DNA of 59,867 bases, the filler included, from Catajapyx aquilonaris (lineage: Eukaryota), in assembly GCA_000934665.2 (NCBI GenBank). It is 2 parts of 2 records of this genome, joined end to end, with 100 filler letters (N's around TTAATTAATTAA, not from the genome) between each part and the next. Parts side by side here need not be neighbours in the genome. Positions count along the whole stretch, not along the records: positions 29,976 to 59,867 come from JYFJ02004721.1; 1 more part is not named here. One strand, 5' to 3'. The stretch's first letter is position 1. The number at the start of each line of letters is the position of its first letter. This document shows positions 37,860 through 49,351 of this stretch, one piece after another. Position numbers and translations under genes: made by a program. The notes under the pieces are model-generated. The model was not told the origin of the DNA and searched no databases. It saw only the letters and a list, made by a program, of their open reading frames with translations.

Positions 37860-38240
37860 GCTTTTCAAAGTACTGCACTGTGGATTCATTCGCCTGTAAG
37901 GTAGGTCTCTGCAGAGCAGGCCGCCATCTGGCTACGACATCTCTTGTGGGATTCTGGAGAGAAACTTGCAGAAGCACCGGTCGGCTCGCTCTCTGGTAAT
38001 TGAATACATGCCTTTAAAGCATCACTTGTCCCAGCGGACAAATAGTACAAGTTGCGTGCCCCTTGCTTGCTCCGGCTGTTCATTCCCTCTGGTCTACTTC
38101 CACTCGATTCTGATTGAGCAACTAGGCGGAAGCTATATCGCCATTCCTTTGCTTGGCAATGCTCTAATTTATAGCCAGGCAGGAATAAGATAATGACATC
38201 AGAGAACGCGCTTATCGCCAATTCCTGGGTACTAAGGGAA
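37860..38240 (+). pseudogene. Possible decayed Copia-type RNase H fragment
   Basis: Plus strand QST...SAEQAAIWLRHLLWDSGEKLAEAPVGSLSGN*IHA resembles Copia ST.EAE...EAIWLRxLLxELG....P..L..DNxSA. In-frame stops. Confidence 0.38.
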
Positions 38241-38618
38241 GGCACACAACTTTGGTTTGTTTATTCCAGCGCAGTACAATAAAGCTTCATATCTTGGCAA
38301 TCTCGGAATCGATTTGGGACTAGTCGACTAACTACTCAAATTCCGGGTTATGTGAGCTCACAGCACTTATAAAGTGCCGAGGTAAACTATCGGGCGAAAA
38401 GTGGATGGAGTAGTATGTCCCTTTAGCGGCAGGAGGCGCGGTGATTGCGGCGCCTCTGTCGCCTGTTGGTGTTAAATCAGTATGGCTCATGACTTGCTTG
38501 AATTATATACTTCATTCCTTAGGCATGGTAATACAAGTGTCTGGGAAGGAACATTGATACAGAATACGCATATGTTCGAGACAAAATAGGTTCCAAAGCG
38601 TTCCAAGATACAGACCTA

Positions 38619-38938
38619 CAGGGTGTATGCATTAATCAAAGAATGAATTGTATAATAATTATCATCTGCAATGTCATAGATAGTCTTCCTTTTGTCGCCT
38701 CGGCCACCGCTATACATCTAATGATATTGCACTTAATCCTAGTTAACGCCTGAACTAGAAATAAAAAGGGCATGGTCGAAAGGGAGGTATACCTGTCAGG
38801 ATATTTTATACCTTGTCTTTGAAGCCACTTATCTCGGCAATGAAGCTTCGGAGACCATAAGATACCTCTACATAAATTGATTCTCTGGTCCCCAGGAGTT
38901 TAGCCTAGAACGTTGTAGGAATTATTACAGACACCCAG
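38619..38938. mobile_element. Old Tc1/mariner-type MITE related to the 9539-9963 element
   Basis: TA|CAGGGTGTAT at the left and CAGACACCCAG|TA at the right. 38798-38890 (CAGGATATTTTATAC...TTATCTC...GATTCTCTGGT) is visibly homologous to 9820-9912. Confidence 0.6.
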
Positions 38939-39279
38939 TAGGCGGAAGACTGTTTTTCAGGAGAAGCATTTTTTTTGTTGCATTACGAGTCGCCAATACA
39001 AAATAATGTTTCAAAGCTTGGGACATAACTTGGAAGGTAATATTCACAATATGATATGAAATAAAGAGGGTATGTGACTATAAGATATACTGTTCAGGTT
39101 CAGGGAGTTCACTTTGGAATGATTCATATTTGCTGCTCACCGTCAGATTATGAAATAGTCTCAGTGATATGGTGATGTAACTTTAGGAGATTACAGCATT
39201 AGCACGACACTATTGTGGCAGAATACACAAACTTCTCCCAATTTGTGTAACCTGTCAGAAGTGACTCACTCTCACAATC

Positions 39280-39580
39280 GTAATAGATTGGGCCTACATT
39301 ATCCTGATATGGTGGCCACTTTTCTCTTCGACAGTAGTCACAATTCGCATGGTAATCTTGCTGCTCTGGGCCGTTGCCAGGTTAAGAAATGGATGTGTTC
39401 GAATCTACAGTCCTTGTTACGAAAGTTATGGTAACGATCAAATATGCATGGCCAAGTGCCGTGGGAACAAATGAGAATCCCATCTTCTCTAACTTGAAGA
39501 CCGGCCAACTTTATTCTGTACTGCACTTTAATTTGCCGTCTCGCTAGATATGGCAGGATCGCTGATCCATGGACTTAGGT
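39280..39580 (-). pseudogene. Possible decayed Academ-type transposon protein fragment
   Basis: VHGSAILPYL...CIFDRYHNFRNKD resembles the IDGxALL...VFDRY...SIK motif pair. Only two motifs. Confidence 0.28.
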
Positions 39581-39909
39581 TGTAAGCCCAACCACTTGTC
39601 TTTTCTCCAGTTATTCCATAAGAAAAGAACTGTTTGCAACGAACTTATTCCCCCTGTAATAATGGCCTTATTTTTTCATCCCTCTGTCTGGAACGCTCCG
39701 GTGGGTGGGGCGGAGGGAGGGAGGGGGCCTTGGTGAGTGCTGCCACCTTCTGGTCACTCCACTAAATCATCAGGCCGGGGGGATGGGCGGCTGGGTTGGG
39801 GGTCGGCGGGGGGAGGGAGGGGGGGGGGGTCAGTAGCTCACTGCGCAGCGGAGAGTAGGGTCGCTTCATTTTTGTCGGTGGTCAGTGCCTTACGTTCTCA
39901 CACCCCGCA

Positions 39910-40424
39910 CCAGAGTTTTTGCATGAGCTTACTCCTTCAGGCATGCCGCCGCATTAGTTGTTGCTCAAACAAGGAGTCGTGGTGATGTTTCTAAGAAATC
40001 TGGATGCCAAACAAGGACTCTGCAAAGGCAGTCGCTTATTGATCACTGGGTTCCACGCTACATTGCAGCCGAAATAGTGTCGGAATGCAATCGCGGTCAT
40101 GTCGTTTTCTTGCCCCGAATTACCTTAGCTCTCAGTGACATCAATATGCCGTTTGTTCTCAAACGCCGCCAGTTTCCTATCATCCCAGCCTATCTGCCTG
40201 TGCCATGACGATCAACAAGTCGCAGGGCCAGACTTTTGAGCACGTGGGTATTTACCTGGATGAACCTGTCTTCTCACAATCATGGCCAGCTGTATGTGGC
40301 ACTGTCCCGGTCTCGCAACCCAAGTCAGGTCAAAGTGTTCACTACTCCTACTGCTCAACACGGAACATTGCTCTCCAACAACAGAGTGTTTACACACAAT
40401 GTTGTATATCGCGAGGTTTTATGA
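39910..40424 (+). pseudogene. Helitron RepHel C-terminal PIF1-like (SF1B) helicase fragment, disrupted
   Basis: Reconstructed PEFLHELTPSGMPPH*LLLKQGVVVMFLRNLDAKQGLCKGSRL...VFLPRITL...FVLKRRQFPIIPAY/AMTINKSQGQTFEHVGIYLDEPVFS/HGQLYVALSR...THNVVYREVL*. TAG at 39955-39957. Frameshifts near 40060, 40195 and 40277. Confidence 0.93.
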
Positions 40425-41489
40425 AAACGTTTCTCATTTACGATTCAAGGAGTAGACATATACAGTATGTCGATTGATTCAATGCCACTAAATTTTTCAA
40501 CCCCGTCTTACGACGAGCTACATGCTATTTCTTAGTTGTCACTCCGCGAGCCCTTTCATTCAATTTTTCATTCCCATTGTCTTCCTCATTGCAGGTTTTG
40601 CCAAATTTTGGCTACGGGTGCACTAGTTTAATGATATTACCATCCATTCCACTCACACACTATGAGGAGCACACAAACAGGAAACCACTTCGTGCCGAAC
40701 TACGAGACCTCAGGACCCATAGGACCACCAAGTTGGATGTCATACCTGTATACTGTACCCCACCAGTACAGTACAGTATACCTTATGCATTCCCAAACCA
40801 GGCTATTATTTTTGTATGGCTCTTCCCGTCACTTTTTTCTTCAAAGTCTTCCCGAGTGTTAGGCACTACCTGCCAATCACGTGACATCACATAATATCTC
40901 AATCCTGCCGAATCCTGCCCTATACTGCCCTGTGTGCAGTGGGCATTCGCCACATTATTTATGAGGGCAATGGCAACACCATATTGAATTTAAACTGCCG
41001 ACAATTTCTTGCCCTGTCGAGTACGTCGTTAAATGAGCACATTTTGAGCAACACATGGAATAGACTGCTTATGATACAACGTTTCCTTTAAACCGCTGCC
41101 ATCATAGAGAGCAGAGTAGCAAACTTTTCTGGTGTCCAGTGAAACTGTAGCTGGTGAGTTGGCAAGAAACACTTTACGAGGCGAATCATACTTGCCGGAG
41201 GGCCTTCCTCACCATGTCATGAAGTAGCCGCACTAGGTCGCACGTCATGAATTAAAGATGACGAGATGACGCTCCGCCCAACGCTTTATAACGCGATGAA
41301 TAATTCCGAAGATCGTCTAAGAAAAAGCTTTGCATATAACCAGCAACCAAAGTGGGGAGTCGTTCAAGAATTTTTCAGAGACTAGTGCCACGATCCATAC
41401 CAATAAAACGCAAATGGACTGGGGAAGCCGACTGACCTAAAATTATTCAGACTTTTAGAAAAAAATAAAATAAAAATGTGGTGGAAGGA

Positions 41490-42450
41490 AAAGGAGCAAA
41501 AAAGAAGCCTCGAGAGTAGAAGCATGCTATCCAAGACTTTCCTTTTCAGGTTCCCCTCCGGAATCCATGTTCGTCGGCACCATTGAGGAGCATGCGGACG
41601 GAATTTCACAGCAGCTAACTATCTTCCCTCACTCAACTAGCCATTCGCATTCCTCTCACAACTACAAATACTGTAAGCCAAGTTTTCACTTGGGAGGGTG
41701 GGCACAGCCTCAGCAGGGGACAGAGAGTGGGGGGAAGTCCACCACACCAGGGCGATTGCTTTTCTCTCCGAGGAGATTTGCGCCAAATGTAATGGAAATG
41801 TATGTATTGTCAATAGCCTCCTGGGGGACAAAAGTGTATATGTACTCCAGGAAGGAACAAGCCTCATGGACACCGCCGCATCCTCTTTAAACTTGTGCTG
41901 GATGAGGATAGCAAATCCCAGCCTAAATCGTGATTCTCGACCAGCCACTCGGAGGGCTCTGGCCCCCTTCGACTTTGCCATGGGACCAGCTGAGAATAGG
42001 CAATATTTCTCTATTTCTCTCCTGTGGACACCGCCCCCCCCCCCCNATTTCTCTCCTGTGGACACCCCCCCCCCCCCCCAACGTCCAAGCTTCTCGTACA
42101 GTATCCCCCGTTCCTCCAAAAAGGGGGGATAGGACGTACAGGGGAAGCGACAAAAAATAAAGGCTATGGCCAGGCCCAACACGAATCACTCTCCAACCCC
42201 TTAACCAATCTGGGCTGATTCCAGCAAAAGCCCCTGGATTTGGTCCGGCATCCCCGACGCCCACGACGCCCGCTCGCCCTCCCCTTTTCCCCCTCCATCC
42301 ACGATCCAACGCACCTTCGTCCAATATACCAGCAACGTGGGGGATCCCAAAGGCCTCTGGACAGCCATTGCTAAGGCCCGTGATGCTTCTTCCCATTTAC
42401 AGGAGGTCTTTTTCTTTAAAACCCACCAATAACGGGTTCTTTCATCCCGC
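41490..42450 (-). pseudogene. Decayed RT/RNase H remnant, DIRS-like retrotransposon
   Basis: Minus strand, collinear: GIP..LVY-(L)DE at ~42315-42329 (cf. GI...YLDD), SSERKAIALVWW (cf. xxExxxELxWW), QWCRRTWIPEGN...LSR (cf. WC...WIPGxxNxxADxLSR). Confidence 0.38.
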
Positions 42451-42724
42451 TTGTTTCGAAGTGTAGGGAGTTTCATGAGTACATTCGAGCTCATGGGCGT
42501 TTAGGTACTGTACAAATGTTTCAATATTATTGATAGTACCGATCAAAGGGCACCTTGCTGCAATGCTGGTATCAGTGGTATGTTTGGAAAGTTTATGAAA
42601 TGTGTTTTACAAATAGTTATTGTATTGTTATTAGGAACCTAATCTTGTCCCATTCCCCACCAACATTCCCATTCCCCACCAACATCTTTTTCTTTGTTCT
42701 TGAGCTACGAATACTGCCTGACAT

Positions 42725-43031
42725 CACTGTTAAAAAGGATGGGGCCAAATGGCACAATTTAGGGGTGCCAACCCTTGCCCCATCAGCAGCACCCTTAATG
42801 GAGCCAATATAGTCACCCTATGAGGAAGGTGACAAAGGGCACGACAGGAGTGCCTTTAGGTACCCGTTGTTGAACTTGAACAAGGGTGCCAGTAGTCACC
42901 CAATGGTACCATTTGGTTCCATTCTGCACATGGATAAGCGTGCGAAATGTCACCTATACATGAGTCCTCTTGGCCCCCCTTGCAGAACTTTTTCACATGG
43001 ATGCCAATTGCCACGCAAGGGTTCCTTTCGG
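42725..43031. mobile_element. Degenerate CACTG-terminus (CMC/EnSpm-like) non-autonomous element rich in GGTGCC/GGCACC-type motifs
   Basis: Starts CACTGTTAAAAAGG. Numerous GGGTGCCA/GGCAC/GTCACC/GGTACC motifs occur in both orientations. The right end is decayed (CCCTTTCGTAAATCATTG). Confidence 0.45.
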
Positions 43032-43758
43032 CTCCCTTTCGTAAATCATTGTTAAATTTTAAAATAAATACTGGTTGAGGAATGATGAATCAGGAGGATG
43101 CATAATTATAAATATTAAAGTGGAAACGTTACTTCGGTTCTTTTGAGCGGAAAAGAGAAATAAATGCTTCAAATTTTCCAAATTTGTCGTCCATTTGGGT
43201 CAATTTGATGTTAAGATAATTTTAGCTGGGGTGTGTCGTCTATTGGACACAAAAAACATTGATGTTCCAATAGTCGACATGCGTGTCGACTTCAGGAACG
43301 CAGAATAATTATTTTGGGACCTACGTTTCATAACATTTCAAATTCTACCCTTGAGAACTCATTACAACCTCAGTAACCAATAGTAGACACCCAGTGTCGA
43401 CCTTTGAAACACTAGGGTGTCGACTACTAGTTCCTCTCACATAATGTGATTTTGGGGTCCCCGACACAATGGTCTGAATGATGGTGACTTAATCCTCGTC
43501 GAGTTCAAGGAAGGCAAGAGGAATGCCTCAGTGTTTGTGTACTTGTGCAGGATTCTAATATTTCGACCTGACGCGACAGGAGCATTGTTGTATAGTGCGC
43601 TGTAATAGTATTGACAGAACAAAGAGAGAGTTTGTGTCAAACGATGCAAACAGATGGGAAGTTATTACAGTTGAATCTGGATATAACAGATTTCAAGGGA
43701 CCGTGGAAAAAGTATGCTATAACCAAGGTCTGTTATAACTGAATACACAAGCCATATA

Positions 43759-44678
43759 CAGTGGTTGGACAAAATAATAGAGCCGCCTGCAAAAAGCGGA
43801 TGAAATTTCGAGTATGTTTTATTCGAATTTGGAAAAGTTACAAAGATGACCTTCACCTAGTTTTGAGGCTCTATCGATGTACTGTACATTTGTCGAGGTA
43901 TGCAAATGGCGCAAAAATCTTGAGAAGAGCAGAGAAATAAAAGACGAACGATACCCACAGACCCCATTTTTGACCAAAGTGGCCCACCGCTTTCATTTGG
44001 AAACGAAAATAGTTACGTACATGAACTTTACTGGGTTTTGAAGCTCTATCGATATGACTTTGTGCGGTACAGAGATTGACCAAAATTACTGACATGGGGA
44101 AGGGAAAAAATAGAAACATCCCCCCTTCCCCGGCACTTCTTGAATGCAAGAAATAGAACATTTTCGTCCTACTGATAGTTAATGCTAACTTAGCAGTATC
44201 AGTGCCAAATATGGTACTGGTAAGTTAGCATTAACTAGCAGTGGGACGAAAACTCGACCCAAACTTACTATACATTATTTTGTCCAACCTCTTTTCCGAT
44301 TTAGTGCCGGGGAAGGGGGTTCCGCTTATATTTTCCCCCCCGCCCACTGTTGGTAATTTTGGTCCATCTCTATACCACACAAAGTGACATCGATAGAGCT
44401 TAAAAGCCAGTAAAGTTCATATCTGTAACTGTTTTCGTTTTCAAATGAAAAGGGTGGGACACTTTGGTCAAAAATTGGGCCTGGGGGGTTACCGTTCGTC
44501 TTTTGTTTCTCTCCCCTTCTCGTGATTTTTGTATCATCTGCATACTTCCACAAATGTACATAGATAGAGCTTCAAAACTAGGTAAATGTCATCTGTATCT
44601 TTTCCAGTTTTCGAATAAAACAGACGAGAAGTTTCAACAACTTTTTGCAGGGGGCTCTATTATTCTGTCCAACACCTG
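43759..44678. mobile_element. Tc1/mariner-type non-autonomous element with ~380-bp imperfect TIRs
   Basis: TA|CAGTGGTTGGACAAAATAATAGAGCC ... GGCTCTATTATTCTGTCCAACACCTG|TA. Arms ~43759-44137 and ~44303-44678 pair throughout. Central hairpin at 44161-44252. Confidence 0.88.
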
Positions 44679-47600
44679 TATGTACTCGTAAGTATGCCTG
44701 GACCGGCCGAGGCTGTACAGGATGTACAGGTGTTCACAATTATTCATAATCCGACATAATCTGAGATTTTCTATTTAATATGTGTTTATGCAACTGATTC
44801 TCGACACCGGTAGAATCTCTGATATTTCATCAACACCCTATGTTTGAGGGTTTTTCATGATGATTAACGGAGACGGCAGTGATTAAATGCGGCTACAATA
44901 ATTGTTAACAATTATTCCTCTCCATTTCATATGGGATAATATAATTAATGATATTAGCAGGCATAAAACTTCATTACAAATAATTATTGAATTAGATACA
45001 TTTAGGCAACAATTTCGAGCGGTTAAAATGTGAAAACTTTCGAGTTACGATGGCAAGAACATCCCAGAATCTCAGCCTGTCATTCCATCATTACTGTAGC
45101 CTACATAATTATCAGCCCTTGAGCTCAGAAATAGTTTTAGTGATATTATGACTACGTTTGGTCACACAGTTTTGTGAGAGGGCCTTTGCCTTTATAAGAG
45201 TGTGAAGAGGATAATTTTATGCCACAAGATTTGGGCTCAGAACACAAAGGCCGGTTTACAAGAGGCCGTTCTTACGCAGCTTACGCAGCTATTGACGAAT
45301 CAGTATTACCATTTATTGTTGATGGTGGCAACAGTCTTGCCTACATCATCAACAATGAAAAGGAATGCTGATTCATCAATAGCAAGAGTGCCACCCTCCT
45401 CAGCGCAAACAACAGGCAAAAAAAAAGTTACAAAATATTTCATCCGCGGCAGTTAACCCACATTTTCACTACACAAACTTCGAACGCTGCCAATCGCACT
45501 GTTGTTATGTCAAACCCAGTTCCCAATACATATCTGCAGGGGAAGTGACGCAATCTATGTCCCCTGTCTCCACTAGAGTCTCTCATATGTCTCTGGAGCC
45601 CGTTCGAACTGGGTAGGCGAACTTTTCCATTACGGTTGCACTCTGTTGTACCATGCAGACAAGGAAACTGCATTTAGTAGTCTGAAGGGGAAGGGTAATA
45701 TAAAACTTGTTCTCGTTGGGGGTGCGGGGAGGAGGTGAAGCTGGATTCACAGAAATTAGGCGACAGTAATGCTCTTTATATTCCCGCTGGGAAATAAGAG
45801 GCATATTCTTAAAATTAAGGCTCGCTGCACCACGCTACCTCTCATTTTTTATCTAGTTGAGACACACGTGGTAATATAATCTGCAGCTGATTATGAGGGA
45901 AAATATTTAAGCTGCGTTTACGATCCGACGCATTGTGGTCGTTGCTTTAAGGAAAAAAAAGTTTGGTGCCATAACATTCTAGTTAATGCCTGAAAAGAAG
46001 AGAAGTCTCAGAGGGAGTGACGACACATTGCTTTTTATCCTGGAAAAAAAATCATTCCTTCTTTCATGAAGAAACGAACCGGTTGGAAAGCATCAGTTGC
46101 AAACGGGACCGGTGACTCCGTATGCTCCTCTGCAAATTCGTTTCGTTTCAGGGAAGGCAACCATAAAGTCTATTTACGAGGCTCGCCTTCCTGTCTTCCA
46201 GCCGCCGTTTGCCATTTTGGGAAACGATACTTGGTGGGGAGGCAAAAGGCTTTGGCTTTCGGTTGTTTGCAGATGGTGGTAACAACACCTCAGTCAGCAG
46301 CCAACCCACACATTTGGTCATGTAAAGATGAAGCTAAGATATCAGACGGTCAAGCCTCACAGTCGCAACCATACTTTTATTAGTATTCGGTAACGATTAC
46401 CTTAGTGCTTCTATAAATAATAGATAGCAATTTTACAATGCCCTAGCTTGAAATAATGTCGCTTTCTACTCCTTTTTTTTAGTAATTTCGAAGACGGTTT
46501 AAAATTTCCGGGAGCAAGGGATGGTCGGAGCATCAAAATTTTACCACTCTTTCTGAAAAGGGGGAGTGGTAAAAATATACCCCCTTCCTCTCTCTTTTTT
46601 TGGCTGGAGCCCGGTAGCGATCAATGGAACAGCGATTACGACTCGACTATCGATGAAAACTATTTACTTTCCCCCTCCTTTATGGGCAATGAAAAACGCA
46701 TCATAATTAATGAAATGTTCATCTGGACGACTTATGAGCTATCGCAGAGGCCGTGGTTCATCTCACCCCCTCCTTCCGAAAAAATAATCTAATATGGCCG
46801 AAGTATTTTCACCATCAGGCCTTGCGTCAACTCCCGCATGATACTTTCTCTCAAGAGGTATCACCATTTTCCTTTGATGTACACTGCAGTACGGCTTTAC
46901 CTGCGAACCTTTCAGGTGGGGAACATGGGTAGGCCTGGAGGCCAAAAGGATGGCAATCGTGGTTGTACCCCAAGAGATGAAAGGTTAGTGGCAGCAGAAT
47001 CCGAGAGGAACCCCCCTGGGGGGATGGTAGGCAGTGAGGTAGTGGAGGGGGGGGGGGGCTTGCATAACACACTCATCCAACTTATAACGAGTTAGATTTG
47101 CTTAGATTAGGTGGGGCACTGAATTCCCGTGAGTGTCCTCCAAGACTTACGTAGGCTAGCCCCGTTGGCTTTGGGGGAACTTTGGTACAAAAGTCGGTGG
47201 GCAGGTAGACTCTATGATTCCAGGGGCGGAGACGACAGGCCCTTTAATGAAACCGTCCCTTGACAGGACCCCCAGCAAGCAAGCAAATTATAAGGTGGGG
47301 ATAATTAGAATAAAATGGCGGTGAGAGACATCCGGTGGCTGGTCCGATAGACCCTGTGAGAATGAGGACGGGAATCAAGCCCTTTCTCCTGCCACGGCTG
47401 ACGAGTGAGTTTATAATCAATTGGGTCAGAAAGACGCAAGCTTAAACCAAGTATACCCGGTGGGAAGTGTGCCCCCCTTTCCTAACTAATCCCCCTTGCT
47501 TTCCCCTTTCATCCCTGTCTCTTCTTCCTCCTCAGATTCCTCTTGATTCCTTTCAGCCTCATCCTTTCCTATATCAATTTTCCCCTTCTCTTTACCGCAA

Positions 47601-48185
47601 CACAGACAACGCAAAGAGCCTAATTTCGGAAACTCTTGCCCGGTTAGACTTGAGTCAAAGGCCCCATTTCTCCTTCTCTCCTGATACTACTGCCACGTGC
47701 CTTATATTGTACAGAGTTGCAACTTTTGTTGTTGACATTTCCTTCCCATCCGCTGTTTACTGCCCTACGTAGGGTGTAGCGTGCGTTGACGCCTATTTAC
47801 TTTGAAACCATGGAGCACTGAAAATGTCCGCTACTTCCTTGTGCGCCGTTTTGTGTTGTACATTTATGGTTGCAACAAGTGTAAAGTGCTGCCTTCTTTG
47901 CCTGGAAAGGGCATTACCTAGTGCCAAAAACAAGAGGGTAAATAGGTTTCACGTTGTAGGATAAACAAAGTCAGGTAATTTGCTGCTGTGTAAAGGCCAC
48001 TTTATACTTCTGACACAAGGGTTGCCGCAGCCACATACGAGTCAGCCAAAGGAGAATCGTAGCGTGTAGGAAAAGCATGTGTACCTCTCCAAGTAGGCCT
48101 ATACATAAGGCGATTTCACAATCCTGCAATATTAGTCGTCCAAGCATTATACCTCAGTGGATTTCGCTGCCTGTTAAAAAGTTCA

Positions 48186-48579
48186 GCCGCGTTTACTTGT
48201 GAGCGAATCATTGTCAGAGAAGTTGCAGCGAAGTCTTCACCGAGCGATGAGACTGATTGTTTGGGGCGAAAATACAGTACATTGTTACCATGATTGTTAA
48301 TTTCGCTCGGCGAAGACTTCGTTGCTACTTCGCTGATAATTCGCTTACATGTAAAACTCGGCGTTGCGAAAGCGGGGCGAAATGCCCGTTTTACAAAATC
48401 TGATTTACGTGAGCGGAGCGTGCGGATCGCTGAAAATTTGCGAAGGGCTATTTACAAATGCTGCGTGCGATGACCGAGCGCAAGCGTTGCGCTGGCGTCC
48501 AACCGGGTGGACTTTCTGCCTGCGATGAGCGGAAGGCCTACACGCCCCGCTTTCGCAATGCCGAGTTTGTGAAGCGGCC
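48186..48579. mobile_element. Two fused Harbinger-like MITEs
   Basis: First hairpin ~48186-48355 (GCGAAGTCTTCACCGAGCGA / TCGCTCGGCGAAGACTTCGT). Second hairpin ~48354-48579 (AAACTCGGCGTTGCGAAAGCGGGGCG / CGCCCCGCTTTCGCAATGCCGAGTTT). Confidence 0.7.
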
Positions 48580-48780
48580 TTTACATCTGAAGTGCACTAT
48601 TCAATATTACCGTTATTTAATATGGGTTAATCCATATGAAGTATCTTAAAATCTTTGTAAAAAAACTGATTTTTAATGCAGTTATCCCAACATGTTCTGC
48701 TGTGGAAAACGACCATTATTTTAATTTTATTGCTTCTGGGTTTAGTTTGGCGGCCATATTTGTTTTACAGAGCGTCTATA

Positions 48781-49309
48781 CAGGGTGTAAATGAATTCGG
48801 CCGACAAACTTGTACGGGTAATAGAGGGGACCAAGACAAACATATTTGACATAGGAAACCGTGTCCGGAAACGCCATCTAGAGGGGGTTCATAGACGAGG
48901 AACGGGTGCGCTCAGACGTGTCAGGCTGCCAGCGTTAGCGAGCGGACCGTTTAGTTGCTAGGTGGCAGGCGGATTGTACACACATTCGCATTTCGCCATA
49001 ACTTGGCAACAACAGGGTTGTTGTTTATTATCTGCGCGCTACCTAGCATGCTGACTTTACTTGCTAGGTGGCTCTGTTGTTGCCAGGTTATGGTGAATTG
49101 CAAAGTTGTGTACAATCCGCCCGCCACCTAGCAACTAAACGGTCCGCTCGACTTGCGCCTCTCGCGTGACGCGTCTGAGCGCACCCGTTCCTCGTCTATG
49201 AACCCCCTCTAGATGGCGTTTCCGGACACGGTTTCCTATGTCAAATATGTTTGTCTTGGTCCCCTCTATTACCCCTACAAGTTTGTCGGCCGAATTCATT
49301 TACACCCTG
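48781..49309. mobile_element. Young Tc1/mariner-type MITE (CAGGGTG termini, TA TSD), nearly full-length hairpin
   Basis: The outer ~143 bp pair with only 2 mismatches, and pairing continues imperfectly to ~235 bp. TA on both sides. Confidence 0.95.
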
Positions 49310-49351
49310 TATAAACAAAAATGGTCCTTAGACAATTAACTAAGCGGTATA

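Noticed and set aside
39910..40424. Intact host PIF1 helicase gene
   Set aside because: It has an in-frame stop and three frameshifts, a Helitron-type NVVYREVL C-terminus and a Helitron-like 3' end.
42013..42080. Tandem duplication ATTTCTCTCCTGTGGACAC+poly-C
   Set aside because: The two copies flank a single N (42046) at a homopolymer, so it is probably an assembly overlap artefact.
45230..45400. hAT C-terminal dimerisation domain remnant (VLPTSSTMKR)
   Set aside because: Single weak motif and the key ERxFS is not preserved.
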